From Candidatus Saccharimonadales bacterium (lineage in GTDB: Bacteria; Patescibacteriota; UBA1384; 2-12-FULL-50-11), in NCBI GenBank assembly GCA_035510775.1, contig DATKGP010000008.1:1-39638 (forward strand): a DNA stretch of 39,638 bases, in the 5' to 3' direction. Made by a program: the position numbers and the translations under genes. The notes beneath the pieces were generated by a model. That model saw nothing but the letters and a program-made list of their open reading frames with translations. It did not search any database and had not been told where the DNA came from. This document shows, in pieces, positions 17,279-23,800 of this stretch. Each line of letters opens with the position of its first letter. The stretch's first letter is position 1.

Positions 17279-17288
17279 ATATACGTTC

Positions 17289-17359
17289 GGCCTGATGACC
17301 GAGTAGTTAGGTAGCGGTCTGCAAAACCGCGTACACCGGTGCAAATCCGGTTCAGGCCT
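17289..17359 (+). tRNA. tRNA-Cys (anticodon GCA) with non-canonical elbow
   Basis: The cloverleaf reads GGCCTGA-TG-ACCG-AGTAGTT-AGGT-A-GCGGT-CTGCAAA-ACCGC-GTAC-ACCGG-TGCAAAT-CCGGT-TCAGGCC-T. The acceptor, anticodon and T stems pair perfectly. The T-loop reads TGCAAAT rather than TTCRANN. Confidence 0.75.
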
Positions 17360-17391
17360 CGGAGAAAATGGGCAAAATACGCCAAAATGTG

Positions 17392-17421
17392 TTGACTTGC
17401 GCGAGGTTGGTGGGTTAAAAT
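17392..17421 (+). promoter_or_regulatory. sigma70-like promoter abutting the secG start codon
   Basis: TTGACT (17392-17397), an 18-nt spacer and TAAAAT (17416-17421). ATG 17429 lies 7 nt downstream with no SD. Confidence 0.5.
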
Positions 17422-17428
17422 TGCCAAC

Positions 17429-17644
17429 ATGAGCGTAGTCCTGACGGTCATAGAAATAATCGCGGCTCTTATAACCATGATAGCGGTGCTTTTGCAGCAT
17501 CGAGGCACCGGCATAGGCGGAGCGTTTGGGGGCGAAGATTTATCATACCGCAGCCGACGCGGCATCGAAAAATTTTTGTTCCGTCTGACTATTGTCATGA
17601 GCACGATTTTCCTACTTGCCGCCATCGCCCAGCTCCTCATTTAG
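17429..17644 (+). CDS. secG: preprotein translocase subunit SecG
   Basis: 71 aa with two TM helices flanking LLQHRGTGIGGAFGG, the SecG glycine-rich loop. Confidence 0.8.
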   Translation: MSVVLTVIEIIAALITMIAVLLQHRGTGIGGAFGGEDLSYRSRRGIEKFLFRLTIVMSTIFLLAAIAQLLI

Positions 17645-17645
17645 C

Positions 17646-18941
17646 ATGCTTATAAAAAGAAAGGCGGCCTACGGCCGCCAATTTATCGCCCTCATCAACC
17701 GCTACGAGAAAGTTTTCTTGGCTCTGCTTTCAGTGGTGATTGTTGTTAGCGGAACATATTGGTATAGACAATACTCTTCAATCAATGGTGGAACCCCGAC
17801 TGTCGGCGGAACTTACGTGGAAGGAATTGTCGGCTCAAAAAACGAGCTAGAGCAAGTAGCCGCCAAATTAACCAAGGCCGGGCTGCTGACAGTCAATAAA
17901 GATGGCAATTTAGATAATTTGCTAATCACGGGCTGGACGGTCAACGCCGACCAAACCGTTTATGATTTTACTCTCAAAGACGGTGTGCCAATCGCCGACA
18001 TCCAAAACGATCTCCAGGAGAATATTGATCTTTTGGGTGAGGCGACTTTGTCCACTAACGGCCAGCACCTAATCGTCACCTTAGCTCAAGCCAACCCCAA
18101 CTTGCCATTTTTACTGGCTGAACCACTATTCGATTTTGGTCCATATAAGTTGAGTAGCATTACCGACCAAATGGCGGTTTTCACCCGTAATACCAAAGAG
18201 AACGCCCAGCCGACTTACATTAACAAAATTGTCGTCCATAGTTATCCAAACCAGTCTTCGCTGGAGCAGGCTTTGAGCCGCCAAAAAATTGACGGGGCGA
18301 TTGTGACGAATCAGACGGCAACCCCACGAAATTATCAGGCTCATAGTTTTGATTTAAGCCGTGGCTACGTTCTGACTTTCAATACCAATCAGTCGCCCTT
18401 TCGTGTGGCTGCCGATCGAATCCAGCTGCTAAATAACCAGCCCGGCAATATCAAAAGCTTTACTCTAACTGTGCCGAATGAGGAGCCATATCTGACTTTG
18501 GCTAAGACGCAAATTGCCGATTGGCAGGCTCTCGGCGTGACGGTGACAATGGACGCCAAGTCGCTCGATGACGTCAACAACCTTTTAATTAGTCGTAGTT
18601 TTCAAGCGGTCGTTACGGGGGTGAATTATGGTTTTGAACTTGACCCGTATTACATCTGGAGCTCGACGCAAATTCGTCCGCCAGGCAACAATATCTCGGG
18701 AATTAAAAGTACTAGTCTTGACGACTATTTAGGCCGGATTCGTTCATCCAGCTCACTGAAAGATCGCGCCTCGCTGGTTCAAAATTTAAATAGCTTGTTG
18801 GTTCAAGAGGGCGCGGGCAAAGTTCTGGAGACCGAGCAGGCTCGCCTAATGGTTTCTGACGCTGTCAATTATGTGGAGCCGTACGGAGCGCTGACGGCGG
18901 CCGACCACTGGCAGAATATGTATTTGTGGTCGATTAATTAA
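17646..18941 (+). CDS. membrane-anchored solute-binding protein, family 5 (peptide/nickel SBP-like)
   Basis: ATG 17646 lies 1 nt after the secG stop. An N-terminal TM helix is present. GGTYVEGIVGS...LLTVNKDGNLDNLLITGWTVNADQTVYDFTLKDGV and FQAVVTGVNYGFELDPYYIWSS...SLDDYL follow the SBP_bac_5 pattern. No permease or ATPase gene is adjacent. Confidence 0.6.
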   Translation: MLIKRKAAYGRQFIALINRYEKVFLALLSVVIVVSGTYWYRQYSSINGGTPTVGGTYVEGIVGSKNELEQVAAKLTKAGLLTVNKDGNLDNLLITGWTVNADQTVYDFTLKDGVPIADIQNDLQENIDLLGEATLSTNGQHLIVTLAQANPNLPFLLAEPLFDFGPYKLSSITDQMAVFTRNTKENAQPTYINKIVVHSYPNQSSLEQALSRQKIDGAIVTNQTATPRNYQAHSFDLSRGYVLTFNTNQSPFRVAADRIQLLNNQPGNIKSFTLTVPNEEPYLTLAKTQIADWQALGVTVTMDAKSLDDVNNLLISRSFQAVVTGVNYGFELDPYYIWSSTQIRPPGNNISGIKSTSLDDYLGRIRSSSSLKDRASLVQNLNSLLVQEGAGKVLETEQARLMVSDAVNYVEPYGALTAADHWQNMYLWSIN

Positions 18942-18949
18942 TTAACCTC

Positions 18950-18978
18950 GTGAAATTTTCGCTGATTCTTGGTAAAAT
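18950..18978 (+). promoter_or_regulatory. extended -10 promoter upstream of the tRNA-Leu pair
   Basis: GTGAAA (18950-18955), a 17-nt spacer and TGgTAAAAT (18970-18978). The first tRNA starts 10 nt downstream. Confidence 0.45.
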
Positions 18979-18988
18979 ACTGCTTAGA

Positions 18989-19072
18989 GCGCGAGTGGTG
19001 AAACTGGTATACACGCAGCCTTGAGGTGGCTGTGGACGCAAGTCCGTGGAGGTTCAAGTCCTCTCTCGCGCA
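18989..19072 (+). tRNA. tRNA-Leu (anticodon GAG)
   Basis: Class II tRNA with acceptor GCGCGAG/CTCGCGC. The anticodon arm is CAGCC-TTGAGGT-GGCTG, the long variable arm is GGAC-GCAA-GTCC and the T-loop is TTCAAGT. Confidence 0.9.
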
Positions 19073-19076
19073 CGAC

Positions 19077-19159
19077 GCCTGGGTGGTGAAACGGTAGACA
19101 CGCTGGATTCAGGTTCCAGTGAGCGCAAGCTCGTGGAGGTTCAACTCCTCTTCCAGGCA
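19077..19159 (+). tRNA. tRNA-Leu (anticodon CAG)
   Basis: Class II tRNA lying 4 nt after the previous one. The anticodon arm is CTGGA-TTCAGGT-TCCAG, the variable arm is GAGC-GCAA-GCTC and the T-loop is TTCAACT. Confidence 0.9.
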
Positions 19160-19174
19160 CTCTATATGTGTAGT

Positions 19175-19204
19175 TCGACAAGGTGAGGAGAAATTGGTTA
19201 GAAT
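19175..19204 (+). promoter_or_regulatory. sigma70-like promoter abutting the SLT gene start
   Basis: TCGACA (19175-19180), an 18-nt spacer and TAGAAT (19199-19204). ATG 19212 lies 7 nt downstream. Confidence 0.45.
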
Positions 19205-19211
19205 ATAGCCA

Positions 19212-19982
19212 ATGGGTATGAGGCTAAGATTCTTCTCGATTCTTATCGGCAGTCTGGTTTTTGTCGGACTGCTGGGTTTCGTTTTGGGGCCGGTACTTTT
19301 TGCTAGCATCGCTTTCCCTCTGGAAAAGGCCGACGCGGTTGAGATTAATAACTGGACCTCGCAGTACTGTAGCGGTATTTCTAACCCTAATTCGTTGATG
19401 GCCGGCCTGATTATGACCGAGAGCGGCTGGCGAACCGACGCCCGTTCTGGTGCCGGGGCAGTCGGCCTGACCCAATTTATGCCTTCGACCGCTGTTGGTG
19501 TGGCCAGGCAACTGGGAGTCAGCCCATTCTCGCCTAGCGATTTGCTAACTAATCGCACTTTGGCGATTCGTTTTGGTGTTTACTATGTTTGCGCTCGTAT
19601 TCAAGATTACGGCGGCAACGTTACCAAAGGGTTAATTGCCTACAACGGCGGCGGCGGCGCGGTCGTCAGCTACGAATTGGGTTTCCCGATTCGCTCAACG
19701 GTCGGTTACGCCAACACGATTCTTAGTCGCCAGAAAGGCTACGCTGCTGTTTACGGCGCCAATTTGGAAAAAGCCGTCTCTGGCGCGACCACGACTAGCA
19801 GCAACGGCATCGCTCAATTTACCGTCCAGCCGAAAGTTGACGTGGCTTCCCTGGCGACGACCTCAATCTTTGACTTCTGGCGCGGCTGGCTGGCCTCGGC
19901 ACCACAAACCGACGCCGTGGCCGGCTCCGGCAACACCGGTGGTCTGACTAATTTCTGGCAGAACCTACTGCCTGGACAGTAA
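19212..19982 (+). CDS. lytic transglycosylase (SLT domain), membrane-anchored
   Basis: An N-terminal TM helix is present. The SLT motifs are MTESGWR (catalytic Glu-Ser), GAVGLTQFMPST and LIAYNGGGG. Confidence 0.85.
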   Translation: MGMRLRFFSILIGSLVFVGLLGFVLGPVLFASIAFPLEKADAVEINNWTSQYCSGISNPNSLMAGLIMTESGWRTDARSGAGAVGLTQFMPSTAVGVARQLGVSPFSPSDLLTNRTLAIRFGVYYVCARIQDYGGNVTKGLIAYNGGGGAVVSYELGFPIRSTVGYANTILSRQKGYAAVYGANLEKAVSGATTTSSNGIAQFTVQPKVDVASLATTSIFDFWRGWLASAPQTDAVAGSGNTGGLTNFWQNLLPGQ

Positions 19983-20051
19983 AATGCCAAGTCAAAAGCT
20001 AGAAGTAAAAAGTAAAAAGTTTGGTGTCGCTTTTCAAGCGGCGATAATTTG

Positions 20052-21734
20052 ATGGAAATTCGAGAATTACGAAAAGCGTTTCTGGATTATTTTTCTAGCC
20101 TTGGCTATAAAGAATTGTCAGCCTCGTCGCTAATTCCTGAAAATGATCCATCAGTTCTCTTTACCACTGCCGGTATGCAACAGTTTCGCGACTTCTATTT
20201 GCGTTCAAGCGAGGCGCCGGCTAAAAAAGTTATCACCATCCAGCCAGTCTTTCGCACCAGCGACATCGACGAGGTTGGTGACGACACTCATCTAACGATG
20301 TTCGAAATGCTGGGCAATTTTGTTTTCGGCGAAAGTTCGGCGATGAAACTCAAAGAAGCAGCGATTAAAGAAGCCTGGCAGCTTATTAATACGGAATTGA
20401 AAGTGACTAAAGACCGAGTCCACGCCACAGTTTTTGCGGGCGATCGAAAAACCCCGCAAGACACCCAGTCGGCCGGGGTCTGGGCCAGTTTGGGCATTCC
20501 GGCCAAGGAAGCCTCGCGGGCAGAAAATTTTTGGGGTCCGACCGGCGACGAGGGGCCGTGTGGCCCGAATACCGAAATATACGTTGACGGCATCGAGGTT
20601 TGGAATTTGGTTTTCAACCAATACAACCAAGATCGAGACGGCAAATTCACCCAACTTGAACACCAGGGTCTAGACACCGGTTCCGGCCTGGAACGTCTAG
20701 CGACCACCTTGCAGGGCAAAGATTCGGTCTGGCAGATTGAGCCGTTTATTGGCTGGCTAAGGTTGGTTGATCCGAACGAGTCTCGCGAGGCGAGAATTGC
20801 TGTCGATCACCTGCGAGCGGCAATTTTCCTAATTAGTAACGGCATCTTGCCGGCCAACAAAGGTCGGGAGTATGTCTTGCGGCGGTTAATTCGTCGGACG
20901 GTCTTTCTTTCTCGCAAACTGCCCGAACTCGACTGCCAAGCCCTTATCGGAAAAATCCACAGCTACTACGCCGAGAATTATCAACTCGCCGACCCGGTCG
21001 AAATTTTGGAAATTATCACCAAAGAGAAGGAGCAGTTTGAGAAGAATCTTGGTCGAGCCACTGCCCACCTGGAGAAATGGCTGGAAACTCATCGCGATGC
21101 CAACGAGAGACAGGCGACTGAACTGGCCTTTTACTTGTTCGAATCTTACGGCTTTCCGAAAGAATTGGTTTTTGAATACTTAATCAGCCAGGGCGTTAAG
21201 CTTGATGCCAAACATTTTGGCGAGCTCTTTACCAAGCACCAAATTATCTCGCGTTCCGGCATCGACAAGCAGTTCAAAGGCGGCCTGGCCGACCACAACG
21301 AACAGACTATTAAGCATCACACCGCTCACCATTTGTTACTGGCGGCTTTGCGAGAAGTGCTCGGGCCGACGGTTTTTCAGCGCGGCTCCAACGTGACCAG
21401 CGAACGGCTGCGTCTAGATTTTTCGTTTGACAGAAAACTCACCGAGGAGGAATTAAAAAAAGTGGAAAAAACTGTCAACGAAAAAATCAAAGCCGATTTA
21501 AAGGTGGAAAAGCTCGAGCTGCCCAAAGACGAGGCGCTGAAACTGGGAGCGCTGGCCGAGTTCGGCCAAAAGTATGGCGAGACCGTTTCCGTGTACAGGG
21601 TTGGCGATTTCTCGCTCGAGCTCTGCGGCGGCCCGCATGTGGAGCACACCGGCGTCCTCAGCAAATTCGAAATTCTCAAGGAAGAAGCTTCCTCCCAAGG
21701 CATCCGCCGAATTAAAGCCAAAGTTCTAGATTAG
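20052..21734 (+). CDS. alaS: alanine--tRNA ligase, compact form without C-Ala domain
   Basis: Motifs FTTAGMQQF, THLTMFEMLGNFVFGE, VWNLVFNQYN..LDTGSGLERL and GREYVLRRLIRR, plus the editing-core motifs HTAHHLL and CGGPHV. The product is 560 aa from ATG 20052. Confidence 0.92.
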   Translation: MEIRELRKAFLDYFSSLGYKELSASSLIPENDPSVLFTTAGMQQFRDFYLRSSEAPAKKVITIQPVFRTSDIDEVGDDTHLTMFEMLGNFVFGESSAMKLKEAAIKEAWQLINTELKVTKDRVHATVFAGDRKTPQDTQSAGVWASLGIPAKEASRAENFWGPTGDEGPCGPNTEIYVDGIEVWNLVFNQYNQDRDGKFTQLEHQGLDTGSGLERLATTLQGKDSVWQIEPFIGWLRLVDPNESREARIAVDHLRAAIFLISNGILPANKGREYVLRRLIRRTVFLSRKLPELDCQALIGKIHSYYAENYQLADPVEILEIITKEKEQFEKNLGRATAHLEKWLETHRDANERQATELAFYLFESYGFPKELVFEYLISQGVKLDAKHFGELFTKHQIISRSGIDKQFKGGLADHNEQTIKHHTAHHLLLAALREVLGPTVFQRGSNVTSERLRLDFSFDRKLTEEELKKVEKTVNEKIKADLKVEKLELPKDEALKLGALAEFGQKYGETVSVYRVGDFSLELCGGPHVEHTGVLSKFEILKEEASSQGIRRIKAKVLD

Positions 21735-21752
21735 GCTTTCTTCCATAACGAG

Positions 21753-21784
21753 AAAAAAAGCCCTGCTCGTGAGAGGAGTAGGGC
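21753..21784 (-). terminator. intrinsic terminator of orphan gene 21810-22310 (possibly also serving alaS)
   Basis: GCCCTGCTC (21760-21768) pairs with GAGTAGGGC (21776-21784) over 9 bp including one G-U pair. A7 on the plus strand (21753-21759) gives T7 after the hairpin on the minus strand. Confidence 0.7.
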
Positions 21785-21809
21785 GAGGGCGTGTTGTTTC
21801 GTGATACCG

Positions 21810-22310
21810 CTAGTCGTTGATTAGTATCGTTCCTCTAGTACGAGTTAACCACAGTCCAAAAACCAGCCAGTTTTGATCGTCAGTGGAAAGTCGATTGAAC
21901 GCTTCCTCCGTCGTTGCATCGAAAACCTCCGGAATCTCCAGCCAAGAGTGGGTCGTCTTGGCCGTGGGGTTCCTAAGGCTAAACGATGTTGTGTAAATCG
22001 CTGGCCTGTCGGAGTGAGTAAGGTGCTTGCTGGGAGACGGACCCACCTCGTAGGTTAGAGTTCGTCCAAGGCAGTCGCTAGAAGGAATGAGTCCAGCGAA
22101 GAAGATATCGCCGGAAATATCGTGGCAGAGTTGGAGGAATTTCAGCGTTGCTTCGATGACGGAGCAGGTCTTTGTTAGTGTAACATTCCTATATTCCTCG
22201 CTAGTGTGGGTCGCAATCTTCAGTCCGTGACGGACTGCGAAATCCTCGTCACAAGAATCAAGCATTCGACAAACAAGAGTCTTGTCGCGAACAACCCTTT
22301 TAAAGATCAT
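21810..22310 (-). CDS. orphan hypothetical protein (Cys/His/Thr-rich)
   Basis: 166 aa. GAGGTGA lies 4 nt upstream of ATG 22310. The gene has its own terminator. No family recognised. Confidence 0.5.
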   Translation of the reverse strand: MIFKRVVRDKTLVCRMLDSCDEDFAVRHGLKIATHTSEEYRNVTLTKTCSVIEATLKFLQLCHDISGDIFFAGLIPSSDCLGRTLTYEVGPSPSKHLTHSDRPAIYTTSFSLRNPTAKTTHSWLEIPEVFDATTEEAFNRLSTDDQNWLVFGLWLTRTRGTILIND

Positions 22311-22349
22311 GGTTCACCTCTGCTGGCATATTACTAAAAATATCCTTGA

Positions 22350-22384
22350 GTATCAAGAAGAAGCCTCGTCGCAAGGGACGAGGC
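22350..22384 (-). terminator. intrinsic terminator of gene 22404-22811
   Basis: GCCTCGTC (22363-22370) pairs with GACGAGGC (22377-22384). On the minus strand the hairpin is followed by TTCTTCTTGATA. Confidence 0.6.
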
Positions 22385-22403
22385 GGATCAAGGCGCGATT
22401 ATC

Positions 22404-22811
22404 TTAGTTCTCTTGCGAGGCGCGGATTTCGGCGATCAGGTTTTCGGCGTGGGTGACGACCTCGTCGTAATCACCATAGCCGGCAACTTCGGCTAGTTCG
22501 GTCAGGTCTTCAAGCGCGGCCTCTTCCTCGCCGCCAAGGAGTTTTAAGTACGCGCAGGCAAAGGTGTGCTGATGAACATTCAGGGTTAGATCCTCGGCCG
22601 TCTGATCGACGAGCTGCTCGCTAGTCATCTGATAGGCTGTATATAGCTCGACGGTTAAGGGTTCGCCCCTTTCTACCTGGTCAACGATTTTGTTCATCTG
22701 TTGATGAAGTTCGCTCGCTTCGGTGGTCGCTTCGGCTATCGGCTGTTGTTCAACCGTTGGCTCCTCGGCCGATTGCTCGGTAGGTTTCGCTTCGGGTCCA
22801 AACTCACTCAT
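22404..22811 (-). CDS. orphan acidic helical protein
   Basis: 135 aa and strongly acidic (many E/D, low-complexity N-terminus). No family recognised. Confidence 0.5.
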   Translation of the reverse strand: MSEFGPEAKPTEQSAEEPTVEQQPIAEATTEASELHQQMNKIVDQVERGEPLTVELYTAYQMTSEQLVDQTAEDLTLNVHQHTFACAYLKLLGGEEEAALEDLTELAEVAGYGDYDEVVTHAENLIAEIRASQEN

Positions 22812-22892
22812 ACCAGAATCATATCCTAACCACCGGCCAATATCGAGTTAATTTAATCCCAGTTTCGAGCGAATATATGGTATATTACGGCT

Positions 22893-23465
22893 ATGAAGAG
22901 CAAGGTAGCAAAAATAATTTCGGGAGTTTTCAGTCCGTACGTGGTAATTCCCATCTTCGGCGTTTTGGCTATCGCTGCCTTGTCTTGGCACGACCATTTT
23001 ATCCTCTGGTCTTTGTTGTTTTTGATTCTGACGGTCGCCACCCCGGTGGTTTACGTCCTAGTCTCATACAAGCGAGGCAAGATTTCGGATATTCATGTCG
23101 CGGTCAAGGAACAACGCGAAAAGCCGTTCATCGTTTCAACTTTAGGAGCTGCCGTGCTCTTTATAACCTATTATTACTTTGTGCCGCAGTTGGCTCACTT
23201 AGCCGAAGCCCTGGTTTTATCAGGGGTAGTATTTGCGTTAGTGACCAAATATTGGAAAGTTAGTGTTCACGCCGCCGCCTTCACTGGTGGAGTGATGATT
23301 GTCAGCTTTGTCTGGGGTAATCCCAACTGGCTCTGGCCTCTGCTTTTGCTGCCGGTAATAATTTGGGCGAGAGTGGTTCGCGAGCGACATAATGTCGCCC
23401 AGTCTATCGCGGCGGCGGTGTTGGTTGGTCTGTGTGTTTTTCTGACTGTTCCACGGTCTTTTTGA
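22893..23465 (+). CDS. integral membrane protein, possibly PAP2-superfamily-like
   Basis: 190 aa with about 6 TM helices. KVSVHAA and ARVVRERHNVAQ loosely resemble PAP2 motifs C2 and C3, but the match is incomplete. An extended -10, TGgTATATT (22878-22886), lies 6 nt from the ATG. Confidence 0.5.
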   Translation: MKSKVAKIISGVFSPYVVIPIFGVLAIAALSWHDHFILWSLLFLILTVATPVVYVLVSYKRGKISDIHVAVKEQREKPFIVSTLGAAVLFITYYYFVPQLAHLAEALVLSGVVFALVTKYWKVSVHAAAFTGGVMIVSFVWGNPNWLWPLLLLPVIIWARVVRERHNVAQSIAAAVLVGLCVFLTVPRSF

Positions 23466-23732
23466 TTTAGCATAATTGAAAGTACCCCGTCAGAGTGTAA
23501 GTTGTTAGCAGTGTACCCTGGAGGTGAGAGTCGTGGAAGCAGGGGCGGCAGTTTCGTTACGGCGCGAACGGTCGAGTTCGCCGCCGATTGCCCTCGACAT
23601 TGGATCGAGCTGGACGTATGCTGTGAGCGCCGCACGAATCCATGTGCTGAGATGGTGATTTTGAAGCAGTCACCATTCGACATGCGTAACAGCTTTCAGT
23701 CATCGGCGTAGTGCGGCACCAGCCATCCTTAA
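23466..23732 (+). ncRNA. candidate structured RNA or long structured 3' UTR (unidentified)
   Basis: The segment has no convincing ORF. It is hairpin-dense: ATGGTGA/TCACCAT at 23651-23675, GCGAAC/GTTCGC at 23564-23581, and a long-range pairing of AAGTTGTTA (23498-23506) with TAACAGCTT (23687-23695). It is followed by a terminator at 23733-23760. Confidence 0.3.
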
Positions 23733-23760
23733 GAGCCCCTCTGGGGCCCTTTCCTTTTGA
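23733..23760 (+). terminator. intrinsic terminator candidate
   Basis: GCCCC-tct-GGGGC (23735-23747) is followed by CCTTTCCTTTTGA. Confidence 0.5.
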
Positions 23761-23763
23761 TGA

Positions 23764-23793
23764 TTGATTTTTCGGCTTCGAATCTGATAGATT
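23764..23793 (+). promoter_or_regulatory. sigma70-like promoter abutting the ftsA start
   Basis: TTGATT (23764-23769), an 18-nt spacer and TAGATT (23788-23793). ATG 23801 lies 7 nt downstream with no SD. Confidence 0.45.
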
Positions 23794-23800
23794 AATATTG

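Noticed and set aside
17258-17640. Minus-strand ORFs 17258-17500 and 17272-17640
   Set aside because: They overlap tRNA-Cys and are antisense to secG, which has a clear family signature and promoter.
18984-19558. Minus-strand ORFs 18984-19181, 19109-19558 and 19224-19511
   Set aside because: They overlap the two tRNA-Leu genes or are antisense to the SLT gene, whose catalytic motifs identify the true frame.
23466-23765. Assignment of the structured segment to RNase P RNA, tmRNA, SRP RNA or a TPP riboswitch
   Set aside because: GTGCTGAGATG resembles a stretch of type-B RNase P RNA and the thi-box CTGAGA. GGAAGCAGGGGCGGCAG vaguely recalls SRP domain IV. The diagnostic elements are all absent, however. 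There is no GGAAAGTCC/ACAGAA..GGCTTA P4 pair and no GGGGTGC...ACCTGAT thi-box context. There is no tRNA-like acceptor/T-arm with a tag ORF and no GGAA-capped SRP helix 8.
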